Made by a program: the position numbers and the translations under genes
Assembly: GCA_963717985.1 (NCBI GenBank)
Contig: CAVQYC010000005.1
Location: 148,508 to 212,507 of the forward strand
Length of the DNA stretch: 64,000 nucleotides
Reading direction: 5' to 3'
DNA from: an uncultured delta proteobacterium
Lineage (GTDB): Bacteria > Desulfobacterota > Syntrophorhabdia > Syntrophorhabdales > WCHB1-27
The notes under the pieces: generated by a model
The model's database searches: none
Told to the model about the DNA's origin: nothing
The model's input: the letters and a program-made list of their open reading frames with translations, nothing else
Part shown: in pieces, positions 10,151 to 19,476 of the stretch
Numbering within the stretch: the stretch's first letter is position 1
Layout: each line of letters starts with the position of its first letter

Positions 10151-11719
10151 ATGAGTACAAAGGACTTAGAAGAGAATGCGGAAGGATCTCCTGTCTCTAC
10201 CAAGGTAAGTCGAAGGGGTTTCTTGAAGGCAGGGATAGGGCTAGGGGCTGTTGCCGGTGCATCCGGTCTTGCCCTGGATCTTTCGAAGGGTGAGGCTCAG
10301 GCTGCTGAGCGGAAGCTGCCCAAGAAATGGGATGAGGAAGTCGACGTGGTTGTGGTCGGGTCAGGTTTCGCCGGCCTCGCTGCTGCGGCAGAGGCAGCCG
10401 GAAAAGGCGCAAAGACCGTGATCCTGGAGAAGATGCCCACCTACGGCGGCAATTCCATCATCAACGGCGGGGTCTATGCATCGTGGGACGACGAGTATCA
10501 TTTGCGCCAGAAGCTGGGTCTCGGCGAGGACAGCACAAAACAGCACAAAGAGGACACCCTGAAGGGCGGTGACTTTTACGGTATTCCGGTACTCGTTGAC
10601 GTGATGGTCAACGGCGCCACGGAAGCCCTCAACTGGATGATCGACGAGGGCGGCTGCAAGATCCGCGAGGCCCTTACCAGGGCCGGGGGCCACACCGCCT
10701 ACAGAACTCATACGGTCGTGGAGGGTGTGGGAAAGGGCTTCACCGAACCGCTCCGCAAGATCGCTGAAAAAAGGGGAGCAAAGATTCGGCTCAACAACAA
10801 GGTCACGTGGATCTGGCGGAAGGATACGGAAGGCCCTGTACTGGGTATCGAGGTGGAGACGCCGAAGGGGAAGAAGAACCTCAAGGTGAAAAAGGGACTG
10901 GTTCTCGCGGCGGGCGGCTTCAGCCGCAACAAAGAGATGCGCCAGGCCTTCAACCCCTCCGTTGTCCCTGAATACAACAGCACAAACCATCCGGGTGCCA
11001 CGGGAGAGGTGCTCCGCTATGCCCAGGCCATAGGCGCCGATGCGCTTCAACTCGCCTTTATCCAGCTCTATCCTTTTGCGGAACCGGAAACAGGTATTCT
11101 GGATAACCCCGCAGTCTACCCCTTCAACGGTGTGGGCTATGGGCTGATCTATGTGGACAAGAACGGCAAACGGTTTGTCAATGAACTGGAAAGGCGCGAT
11201 GTCTGCGCCCAGGCACAGATAAAGTTGGGCCTCAAGCCGACCTACTCGATATTCAACGAGGAGATGGTGGCAAAAATGGGCGGCACCATGGATGAGGTCA
11301 AGCAGGGCGTGGCCAAGGGGCGCTTCATCAAGGCCGACTCCATTGAGGAGGTGGCTCAGAAGTTGAATATTTCAGCCACCGCCCTCAAGGAGACCGTGAC
11401 GAAATACAACCAGTACCTGAAGGACGGGAAGGACCCCGATTTTAACAAGCCCATCACTAAGGTGATGATACCGCTGGGAAAAGGACCCTTTTACGCGATT
11501 GCCCAGTGGCCTGCCGTTCACCACACCATGGGCGGCATGAGGATAAACCCGGCCGGACAGGTCATCGACATCTGGGGCAAGATTATCCCTAAACTCTACG
11601 CAGCAGGCGAATGTACCGGTGGCGTCCACGGGTCGAACAGGCTCGGCAGCAACGCCATTCCCGCCTGTACGGCCTTTGGCCGGGTGGCAGGTACCTCTGC
11701 AGCAACGGAGAAGGCCTGA
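10151..11719 (+). CDS. Tat-exported flavocytochrome c flavin subunit (fumarate/urocanate/methacrylate reductase family)
   Basis: SRRGFLK Tat motif; GSGFAGLAAA FAD motif; VHHTMGG; LYAAGECTGGVHGSNRLGSNA. Confidence 0.9.
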   Translation: MSTKDLEENAEGSPVSTKVSRRGFLKAGIGLGAVAGASGLALDLSKGEAQAAERKLPKKWDEEVDVVVVGSGFAGLAAAAEAAGKGAKTVILEKMPTYGGNSIINGGVYASWDDEYHLRQKLGLGEDSTKQHKEDTLKGGDFYGIPVLVDVMVNGATEALNWMIDEGGCKIREALTRAGGHTAYRTHTVVEGVGKGFTEPLRKIAEKRGAKIRLNNKVTWIWRKDTEGPVLGIEVETPKGKKNLKVKKGLVLAAGGFSRNKEMRQAFNPSVVPEYNSTNHPGATGEVLRYAQAIGADALQLAFIQLYPFAEPETGILDNPAVYPFNGVGYGLIYVDKNGKRFVNELERRDVCAQAQIKLGLKPTYSIFNEEMVAKMGGTMDEVKQGVAKGRFIKADSIEEVAQKLNISATALKETVTKYNQYLKDGKDPDFNKPITKVMIPLGKGPFYAIAQWPAVHHTMGGMRINPAGQVIDIWGKIIPKLYAAGECTGGVHGSNRLGSNAIPACTAFGRVAGTSAATEKA

Positions 11720-11725
11720 CAGAAT

Positions 11726-11763
11726 CGTCAGTGGGGGCCGGAGTGATCCGGCCCCCACTGACG
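11726..11763. other. Perfect 17-bp GC-rich stem-loop between the flavoprotein and cytochrome genes
   Basis: CGTCAGTGGGGGCCGGA-GTGA-TCCGGCCCCCACTGACG; no U-tract follows. Confidence 0.8.
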
Positions 11764-11781
11764 GGCAGGAAAGAGGGCACC

Positions 11782-12486
11782 ATGAACAAGATTATCCCTA
11801 TCATTGCCATCTTGTGCCTGATCGTCGCCACCCCTCTGATGGGTCAGACAAAGAAGGCAGGGCAGGTGCCGAAAGCAGGTTCCTGTCTGGGCTGCCACGC
11901 TGACATGGCCGCGGTTTTGCCGAAAGACCACAAGCCGGTGAAGGGAACCGATATCACCGCATGCCTCGGCTGCCATAAACCCGACCCCTCCGGAAAACCG
12001 GAACCCAATGACTTTTCTGCGCGCCTGCATCGTACCCATGTAAAGCCGGAGGCAAAGACGGAATGCACGCTCTGCCATGTGTGGGCTCCGGGGAAGCGTA
12101 TCAGCGTCAAAGGAACGAAGGCGAGCCTGGGTGCCGTCTCGAAAGGCAATATGTCGCTCTTAAAGGCAATCTTTGCCTCTTGGGCGGCCTCTTCCTATCT
12201 CGACGCCATCCACGATAAGGGTAACATCGTCTGTCTGGCCTGCCATGGGAAAACCCTGCCTGAAGCCGGCGACACGGTCGAAAACGACCGTTGCCTCTCA
12301 TGCCATGGACCCATGGACACCCTTGCCGCAAGAAGTGCCCCGAAGGATTTTCCCGACCGCAACCCTCACAAGTCGCACCTGGGCGATATCGCATGCTCGG
12401 TATGCCATCATGTCCATTCGGCTTCAAAGGTATACTGTCTTGAATGCCACGCAAAATTCACCATGAAGCTCCCGGAAGGGGAGTAG
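11782..12486 (+). CDS. Periplasmic heptaheme cytochrome c, partner of the flavoprotein
   Basis: Signal peptide MNKIIPIIAILCLIVATPLMG; 7 CxxCH; C-terminal NPHKSHLGDIACSVCH typical of the flavocytochrome tetraheme module. Confidence 0.9.
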   Translation: MNKIIPIIAILCLIVATPLMGQTKKAGQVPKAGSCLGCHADMAAVLPKDHKPVKGTDITACLGCHKPDPSGKPEPNDFSARLHRTHVKPEAKTECTLCHVWAPGKRISVKGTKASLGAVSKGNMSLLKAIFASWAASSYLDAIHDKGNIVCLACHGKTLPEAGDTVENDRCLSCHGPMDTLAARSAPKDFPDRNPHKSHLGDIACSVCHHVHSASKVYCLECHAKFTMKLPEGE

Positions 12487-12569
12487 GGTGGGAGCGGTAG
12501 GCTGTTTCCCTAGGGTACTCCTATGTCGGGCTGAACCTAATAAATGAAGCGCTTTTCCCGAGAGGTAAC

Positions 12570-13667
12570 ATGCTTGCCTTATCCGACCTGAAAAAGCTGG
12601 TAGAAATGTCCACTTCCAAAAGGGCCTTTTTAAGCGTTTATCTGGCCGGACCGCACTCCGTGGCCGGGCTTGAGAAGAAATTTGAAAGAATACGGCGGCT
12701 GCTAAGAACCGGAGGTCCTGAAAAGGACGAAAAGGAGTATTTCGACGACAACGTCCGTTCGGTTACAGAGTATCTGGATCGCTACCCGCTCAAGACCGGA
12801 TCTCTCTGCATCTTTTCGTGCCATATCCTCGACGTATTTCGAACAATCCCTCTATCCGTGCCTGTTGAAGACCTCATACGTATAGACTCCTCGCCATTTA
12901 TCAGGCCCCTCGCAGAATTAAGGGAAGAGCATGCGACAGCGGCCGTTGTTGTCGCCGATAACAAGAAAGCCCGTATCTTCGTGGTCTCTATGGCGGAGAC
13001 AGGTTCCGAGGAGGTGATCAGGGGCAACGTGAAGAACCATGTCAAGGTGGGCGGGTGGTCGCAGCAGCGGTATGAGCGCCGACGCGATAACGAACTCCAC
13101 AAGTATGCCCTGGAGATAGTTGAAGCCCTGGCAAAGATCGGTAGTTCGGAGGAAATTGACCACATTCTCATGGTGGGAAGCAAGGAAACTTTGCGGGCCG
13201 TTCATGAGAACATGCCTCGCGGGCTGCGGGACAAGGTTGTAGAAAAGGCAACCGACTTGAGTAAGGGGGACTCCTCGGTGAACAAGGACATCATGGAGCT
13301 TTTTCGGGAAGAAGAGCTGACAACCGGGCCGGAGCATTGGGAAAAAATCCGTGCAGAATACCTGCGGGGCGGTTTGGCTGTTGTCGGTCCGGAAGAGGTC
13401 CTGCATATGGCAAAGGCTCAACGAATAGAGCACACGGTTGTTGACCGTACCCTTCAACTTCCCGGGATGCGTTGCCGCAATTGCCACAATCTGAACATAG
13501 GCCCGGTCAAGTCCTGTCTGGCCTGCGGCTCCGAGTCCTTATATGAGGTAGAGGTTTTTAACGAGATCCTGGATATGGTATATCTGTCGGGAGGTACCGC
13601 TTGCTTTACCGACCCCATTCAAACACTGACCGATTCCGGTGGCATAGCAGCCCATCTGAGATACTAA
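12570..13667 (+). CDS. Bacterial archaeo-eukaryotic release factor-like protein (aeRF1/baeRF)
   Basis: FLSVYL N-terminus, KNHVKVGGWSQQRYERR loop, C-terminal CxxC..CxxC ribbon and GGIAAHLRY end. Confidence 0.85.
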   Translation: MLALSDLKKLVEMSTSKRAFLSVYLAGPHSVAGLEKKFERIRRLLRTGGPEKDEKEYFDDNVRSVTEYLDRYPLKTGSLCIFSCHILDVFRTIPLSVPVEDLIRIDSSPFIRPLAELREEHATAAVVVADNKKARIFVVSMAETGSEEVIRGNVKNHVKVGGWSQQRYERRRDNELHKYALEIVEALAKIGSSEEIDHILMVGSKETLRAVHENMPRGLRDKVVEKATDLSKGDSSVNKDIMELFREEELTTGPEHWEKIRAEYLRGGLAVVGPEEVLHMAKAQRIEHTVVDRTLQLPGMRCRNCHNLNIGPVKSCLACGSESLYEVEVFNEILDMVYLSGGTACFTDPIQTLTDSGGIAAHLRY

Positions 13668-13825
13668 AGAAGATGAAACAGCCGGTCCTGATATTCCATC
13701 AGGCTCACGCTGCAACGCCTGCGTCTCGTCTCCTACCTCTCCGGTCAAGAGACACAAGGGCCTCTTATTTATGTGTTTAAGAAAGTTTCCCTGTTTGCGA
13801 TAAGAACTAAGAAGGGGGAACAAAC

Positions 13826-14137
13826 ATGAAAAAGTTATTAGCAGGGGTTTTGGTTTTAGGAATGACGGTAGCCGCAGGGGTCGCAATGGCCCAACAAGGG
13901 ACGCAAAATAATTCGAATCCCGCGCACTCGATCGACCTGAGCCAGGCCAAGAGTACGGTGAACAATGTTGTCAACTACGGAGCGGTCAGCGGTTCAACCG
14001 GCACGGTTCAGGGTTCAACGGGTACGATTGTCGGCCAACCGGCTACAGTTATTCACCCGGCTGCGGCACCGACGATGAAAAGCGTAGATAGAGCGGTTGT
14101 GCCCCCACCGGTAACTAAAAGCGCGGCTAAAAAGTAA
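13826..14137 (+). CDS. Small secreted hypothetical protein
   Basis: Signal peptide MKKLLAGVLVLGMTVAAGVAMA; purine-rich RBS. Confidence 0.7.
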   Translation: MKKLLAGVLVLGMTVAAGVAMAQQGTQNNSNPAHSIDLSQAKSTVNNVVNYGAVSGSTGTVQGSTGTIVGQPATVIHPAAAPTMKSVDRAVVPPPVTKSAAKK

Positions 14138-14492
14138 CGCACGGGTAAGGCAACCGCGACCGGGTAATCAGGATGAACCAACTCCACAATCCCGATCCAA
14201 CCGGGGACCCCCCTGTGGGGCGGGCTATAGAGCGTTGCGCAGAATTCATTCCCTTTTGACGGCCGGATGTTCGTCTTCTTCCGTCATTCCGGCGGACGCT
14301 AGGATACGCCACATGACAATGAGGAGCGATTTGTCCTTTTCGCTTTTGGCCCGGGAAACCGGAAAGGTTCGGAACCGGATCGTTTCGGCGCCAGGTAGCG
14401 ACACACAGAAGGGCCTTTGTAAACCGGCATTGCCTGTCTCCCTGATCGGGCGTAAATCGGGCTTGACTTCACGTGGGGCGGTTCGCCGGCTT

Positions 14493-15296
14493 TTAGCAGC
14501 CCTGGGACGAGTTAGTACGTGATTTCCGCTTGTTTGCTATCCAGGTGACCACCGCACTGGCCATAAACACGATGATCGTGAGCGGCACCAACAGCGACGT
14601 GTCGATGTCGTGCCACGCGGGATGTAATAGATCCGTCAATACGCTCAATCCCTTGGTAGCGAACTCGTGAAGCAACATAATGAAAAGGCCCATAGACCAA
14701 AAGCGCAGGATTCTTCCGCGCTCCTTCCAGGTTATCCGTTTCCAGGAAAAATCTTCGAAGAGCGTTCTCCATCCCTCAAGGGAAGTACGATCGGGAAATA
14801 TTCGAGGGACGTCGGAACGGTATCTGATGAAGGCATCGCCGTGGATCGACTGCAGGTAGGCTTCTTCTTCCCTCATAGTCGGCTGATACGACCAAAAGAA
14901 GAGGAAAGGGTAGATCAAGAGCAAATAGAGATTTCCACTCAGAGCGCAAAAGCCATAGTCGACCACGAAGTTCGAGAGGTAGTAGGGGTGACGCACTATA
15001 TTGTAAATTCCTCTACGCGTGAGAACAGTATTTCGTACCAAGACCCCCTTTGAAAGAAAATGCACGAAGCAGCCAAGGGCCAGAAGCAGAAAACCAACAA
15101 TTACTTCCCCCGTTGTGATGCCAAAAAAGACGGTAGACATAAATGACAGAAGCAATACGACGTCTCGCAGATTGCTTCTGGTCAGGAAATTCCTTTTTGT
15201 CCAGCTCATGGTGCCTATTCTATAGAACCTTGCTCCATATTTCAACCCAAAACTCGCAACCACACAAAGCAGCACGACCAGTAGAAGCCTTTTCAC
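14493..15296 (-). CDS. Isoprenylcysteine carboxyl methyltransferase/PEMT family membrane protein
   Basis: GIYNIVRHPYY and EEAYLQSIHGDAFIRYRSDVPR motifs; several TM segments; start uncertain. Confidence 0.75.
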   Translation of the reverse strand: MKRLLLVVLLCVVASFGLKYGARFYRIGTMSWTKRNFLTRSNLRDVVLLLSFMSTVFFGITTGEVIVGFLLLALGCFVHFLSKGVLVRNTVLTRRGIYNIVRHPYYLSNFVVDYGFCALSGNLYLLLIYPFLFFWSYQPTMREEEAYLQSIHGDAFIRYRSDVPRIFPDRTSLEGWRTLFEDFSWKRITWKERGRILRFWSMGLFIMLLHEFATKGLSVLTDLLHPAWHDIDTSLLVPLTIIVFMASAVVTWIANKRKSRTNSSQGC

Positions 15297-15535
15297 ATTG
15301 TCCCCCTAAATGCCCACTCATGCGTGCTACAGGATAAGTCGCCGGGATCCGTCAAAAGGTTACAAAGGGTGGAAAACTTCCATTTCTGGTCATGGAAAAG
15401 CCTTTAGCTCTCCCTGCAATCTTTTTAGAATTTATTACGACATTATGGGCATTGCAAGTGAGGTTAAGCGCCCGGCCGCTCCCTCCGGATAGCGGAAGCG
15501 TTGACAAGAAGGTGGCCTTATGACAGAATTGCAAC

Positions 15536-16618
15536 ATGGAGGAGATCCTCAACGCTATCGCCGGCGGCACCGGGATGGGAGACACGGCCAGGAAGGTCCT
15601 CGGTCTGCCCAGGGAGCTGCAGGAGAAGCTGATTCAGGTCCTTGGCAACCTGAAGAGCGAGCACGCCGCGCGATTCCTGAGCCTCCTTTATCCATCCCTT
15701 GCCGACAGGAAGCTGCAAAAACTGGTCAAAAAGGAACTATTCCGGCTGAAAACAGCAGGCATACCCGTGGAGGAACCAAGGGCGCCGGGAGAGTCCGCGT
15801 TGAAAAAGGTGGAGACCGGCCGGGAGGCACGCGCTTTCCTGTCGAACTACGATCCCGAGATGACGAGGGCGGTGCTGGTCGCCATGGAGATGAAAAAGAA
15901 TCAATTTCTCCTGAGCCATGCCATACTCCATTTTTTCGACGGCCTCGTGGATCTGAAAAGTTTTCCTGTGGCCAGGGATGACCTTGAAAACTTCGTGAAG
16001 GACTACGTGCTGCGGATGCCGCCGCCTATGGTGTTTCCATCCATTTCTGCCGCCTATGCGGGATATCTGATCGAAGAGGCCTCCGGCCTGTCCGGAAAAG
16101 AGGCTGATGATGCGACGAGCCTCCACCGTATGCTTCTGGCAACGAAGAGTGACGTCAGAAGGCCCGGCGACATCTATCTGCAGGAAGGGGCTGATACTGC
16201 TTCTGAGGCTTCTGCGGAGGCCATTTTCGCGGATGGAATCTTCCAGCCCTTTTCGTTCCGATGGCCGGGCATGGAGGAAGACCGGAAAAAGCTGAACGAC
16301 GTGCTTAATCCCACCATTGTTCTTCCGCCCTATGTGCTGGAGGAGAGAAGGCAGGCGTTCCTGAATGAGCTCGTCGAGAGCGAGAGGTTGGCATCGAGAC
16401 TGCCTCAATTCAGGCGGATGCTCGAGGATTATGCCTACCTCTTTTACTGCCTTGAGAACGTTGATTATTATAAGGGGCTCCTTGCCCAGCTTGCTGAAGC
16501 TGCGGCAGTGAAAAGCGCTTTTCTGCGTTTCGTGGAGAAGGCTTTCAAGAAGCTGGAGGGGACGGACCGGCCGCAGGAAGGCGTTATCGTCGATCCCCAT
16601 TCGCTCGTGAAAAGGTAG
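15536..16618 (+). CDS. Hypothetical protein
   Basis: 360-aa ORF with normal composition, co-oriented with rlmE. Confidence 0.7.
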   Translation: MEEILNAIAGGTGMGDTARKVLGLPRELQEKLIQVLGNLKSEHAARFLSLLYPSLADRKLQKLVKKELFRLKTAGIPVEEPRAPGESALKKVETGREARAFLSNYDPEMTRAVLVAMEMKKNQFLLSHAILHFFDGLVDLKSFPVARDDLENFVKDYVLRMPPPMVFPSISAAYAGYLIEEASGLSGKEADDATSLHRMLLATKSDVRRPGDIYLQEGADTASEASAEAIFADGIFQPFSFRWPGMEEDRKKLNDVLNPTIVLPPYVLEERRQAFLNELVESERLASRLPQFRRMLEDYAYLFYCLENVDYYKGLLAQLAEAAAVKSAFLRFVEKAFKKLEGTDRPQEGVIVDPHSLVKR

Positions 16619-16633
16619 TATCTTACACGACCC

Positions 16634-17230
16634 ATGCACGCCCGCTATATAGTAAAAGATGCCTTCTACAAAAAGGCGAAAAAAGAAGGATACAGGGCGC
16701 GAAGCGCGTACAAGCTCGAAGAGATACAGCAAAGGTTCACCATAATAAGGAAAGGCGATCACGTACTCGACCTGGGGGCAGCGCCAGGGAGCTGGGTGCA
16801 GCTCGAATCCGCGCTCGTGGGTGACGGGGGCCTGGTTGTCGGCCTTGACATCCTGCCTGTAACACCCGTACCCGCCTCCAACGTAGTGCTGAAGAAGGTC
16901 GATATACGGGAGGTCGATGTGCAGGACCTGCTGCGAGAGGCAGAAATCCCTGCCTTCGATGTGGTTACCTCCGATATCGCCCCGAACCTTTCAGGCATCA
17001 GGGAGGTCGATATCGCCCGGATACACGACCTTTATCTTGCGGTGCTCAGGATCGTGGATGAAGGTCTGAGAAGGGGAGGGAGCTTCCTCATCAAACTTTT
17101 TTTCAGCCCTGACTTCGCCGATATGGAGGCCACGCTCAAACCGCGTTTTTCAAAAGTCACGCATTTCAAGCCCAAAGCCTCCCGGTCGGTCAGCGACGAG
17201 GTATATCTCATCGCTAGGGGAAAGCGGTAG
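16634..17230 (+). CDS. rlmE: 23S rRNA Um2552 methyltransferase
   Basis: GYRARSAYKLEEI, VLDLGAAPGSW, SDIAPNLSG and KPKASR motifs. Confidence 0.95.
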   Translation: MHARYIVKDAFYKKAKKEGYRARSAYKLEEIQQRFTIIRKGDHVLDLGAAPGSWVQLESALVGDGGLVVGLDILPVTPVPASNVVLKKVDIREVDVQDLLREAEIPAFDVVTSDIAPNLSGIREVDIARIHDLYLAVLRIVDEGLRRGGSFLIKLFFSPDFADMEATLKPRFSKVTHFKPKASRSVSDEVYLIARGKR

Positions 17231-17255
17231 CGGTTGACTTCTAGGGCATCATCTG

Positions 17256-17282
17256 TTTAAATAGAAATGATTTCTATTTAAA
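17256..17282. promoter_or_regulatory. Zur-type operator, perfect 13-1-13 palindrome
   Basis: TTTAAATAGAAAT-G-ATTTCTATTTAAA directly upstream of zur-znuACB; overlaps a putative -10 (TTAAAT) placed 17 bp after TTGACT at 17234. Confidence 0.85.
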
Positions 17283-17285
17283 GAG

Positions 17286-17726
17286 GTGTCCGGCGTGCAG
17301 GACTTCGAAGGATTGCTGAGAGGGCTCAAGCTGAAGGTGACCCCGGGGAGACGTGCAATTCTCGAAGTCATGGCGGCCGAGTCCACCTTCCTGAGCCCCG
17401 AGGAAATATGGAAGATGGTGGGCGAGCGCGGCAGAAGCGTCGGTCTTCCCACGGTATATCGCATTCTGGATGAGCTTGCCTGTGGCGGCGTGCTGACCAG
17501 GGTCCTCCATGACAACCGCCAGCTCTATTATTATCTCTGCCCGAACAGGAGTCATCACCATCACTTTGTCTGCCTCTCGTGCCATAAGGTCGAAGATATC
17601 GACCTTTGTCTCGGGGATGCTCTGGAGCAGGAAGTCAAGCTGCGGATCAAAGGTGCGCTTATCTCCCATATCCTTCAGCTTCAGGGGCTCTGCCGCGAGT
17701 GCAGGGAAAGGGAAGGGAAGGAATGA
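17286..17726 (+). CDS. zur: Fur family regulator, zinc uptake type
   Basis: PTVYRIL, HHHHFVCLSC and GLCREC motifs; heads the znu operon; GTG start may be 17295. Confidence 0.85.
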   Translation: MSGVQDFEGLLRGLKLKVTPGRRAILEVMAAESTFLSPEEIWKMVGERGRSVGLPTVYRILDELACGGVLTRVLHDNRQLYYYLCPNRSHHHHFVCLSCHKVEDIDLCLGDALEQEVKLRIKGALISHILQLQGLCRECREREGKE

Positions 17727-18694
17727 GAAGGAGCGTTGTTTTCCTTTCTTGCCTGCTCTTCCTTGTGTTGGTCTCCTTCGATGCGTGTCAGCCCAGGAGG
17801 AAGCCGGCCGGGCGGGAGGGGCGGCTCGTGGTGGTGACGACGCTTTTCCCCCTCTACGATTTTGCAAGGAATGTGTGCGGCATGAAGGGGGATGTCGACC
17901 TTCTCCTCCCCCCCGGCGTGGAGCCTCACAGCTTCGAGCCGAAGCCGGGGGACGTCGTGAAGATAAACAGGGCGGACATTTTCGTCTACACGGGCGATTT
18001 TATGGAGCCGTGGGCCGCAGAAATCATTAAAGGCGCATTGCGACGCGACATGGTCGTAGTCGACTCAAGCCGGGGTATAATGCTCAGGCAAGAATCGGAA
18101 CCAATCGGACCACACGGCCGGGGCCAGGACACGGCCGCGAGGCAGGAAGGGGCGGCCTCCGGGCCCGTAGACCCCCATATCTGGCTGGACTTTGGCAATG
18201 CGCAGGTCATGGTCGACAACATCCTTGCGGGATGCATCAGGAAGGATCCGCAGAACAGGTCATTCTACGAAAAGAACGCGACCGCCTATAAGGCGCGGCT
18301 GCGCGAGCTTGACGAAAACTTCAGGAAGGGTCTGGCTTCCTGCGAAACGCGGCTCTTCGTGCACGGCGGCCACTATGCCTTCAATTACCTGGCCCGCAGG
18401 TACAACCTGAGTTATGTCTCGGCATACGGTTTTTCTCCCGACGCCGAGCCCAGTCCCAGACATGTGGCGGATATCGTTCAAGAGATAAGGCGGCACAACA
18501 TAAAATACGTCTTTTATGAGGAGTTGCTCCAGCCGAGAATGGCCGAAACCATCGCGCAAGAGACGGGCGCCCGACTGCTCCCGCTCAACGGCGGTCATAA
18601 CGTGACTGCGGAGGAGCTGCGGAAAGGGGCGACCTTCATTGGACTCCTCGAGCGTGATCTTTATAACCTGAGGAAGGGTCTCCAATGCCGGTAG
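17723..18694 (+). CDS. znuA: Zinc ABC transporter substrate-binding protein
   Basis: EPHSFEP, DPHIWLD, HYAFNYLA and AEPSP motifs. Confidence 0.85.
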   Translation: MRRSVVFLSCLLFLVLVSFDACQPRRKPAGREGRLVVVTTLFPLYDFARNVCGMKGDVDLLLPPGVEPHSFEPKPGDVVKINRADIFVYTGDFMEPWAAEIIKGALRRDMVVVDSSRGIMLRQESEPIGPHGRGQDTAARQEGAASGPVDPHIWLDFGNAQVMVDNILAGCIRKDPQNRSFYEKNATAYKARLRELDENFRKGLASCETRLFVHGGHYAFNYLARRYNLSYVSAYGFSPDAEPSPRHVADIVQEIRRHNIKYVFYEELLQPRMAETIAQETGARLLPLNGGHNVTAEELRKGATFIGLLERDLYNLRKGLQCR

Positions 18695-19434
18695 AAGTCG
18701 TTTCCGTCCGGAACGTGAGTTTCACCTACGAGACCAGGGACGTCCTGAGCGATATCTCCTTTTCTGTTGAGGCAGGTGATTATGTGGGCCTTGTGGGCCC
18801 CAACGGCTCCGGCAAGAGCACCCTCATACGGCTGATCCTGGGCCTGGAAAACCCGCACGCAGGCTCGGTCTCGTTATTTGGCGAGGCCTTGTCGCGTTTT
18901 CACGATTGGCACAAAATAGGGTACCTGCCTCAGAAAAACGCCGGCCTCAGCCGGTTTTTCCCCGCCACGGTGCAGGAGATCGTGGCGCTGGGACTTGTCC
19001 CGAAAAGGGCGGGCAGCCCCGGAGGGGACGGCCGGGACGCCCTGGGGAAGGCCCTTGACCTGATGGACATCACGGATATACGGGACAAGCTGATAGGCGA
19101 GCTTTCAGGGGGGCAGCAGCAGCGGGTCCTCCTGGCACGGGCCCTGATCAAGGAACCGGAGCTGCTCATCCTTGACGAGCCGACCATCGCCGTGGACCCG
19201 GAAATAAGGGAGCGGTTCCTCAACATACTCATGGAGCTGAACCGGAAGAGGCAGGTCACGGTGCTTTTGGTAACCCACGATACGGGCAGCATAGGTAAGT
19301 ATGCAAAAAGGCTGCTCTATCTGGATAGGGAGATAATTTTTTATGGGGGGTTCGATGACTTCTGCCTCTCGGCGGAGATGACAAAGGTGTTCGGCTCTTC
19401 TGCCCAGCACCTTATATGCCACAGACACGAGTGA
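18685..19434 (+). CDS. znuC: Zinc ABC transporter ATP-binding protein
   Basis: GPNGSGKST, LSGGQQQR and LDEP motifs; C-terminal HLICHRH. Confidence 0.9.
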   Translation: MPVEVVSVRNVSFTYETRDVLSDISFSVEAGDYVGLVGPNGSGKSTLIRLILGLENPHAGSVSLFGEALSRFHDWHKIGYLPQKNAGLSRFFPATVQEIVALGLVPKRAGSPGGDGRDALGKALDLMDITDIRDKLIGELSGGQQQRVLLARALIKEPELLILDEPTIAVDPEIRERFLNILMELNRKRQVTVLLVTHDTGSIGKYAKRLLYLDREIIFYGGFDDFCLSAEMTKVFGSSAQHLICHRHE

Positions 19435-19476
19435 CCCCTCCTGCGACAACGGGAGGGGCGGTTTTTGAGGTCTTTT

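Noticed and set aside
19435-19466. Hairpin CCCCTCC..GGGAGGGG plus T-run between znuC and znuB as an operon-ending terminator
   Set aside because: Stem is short, the T-run is offset and the permease must be co-expressed; at most an attenuator
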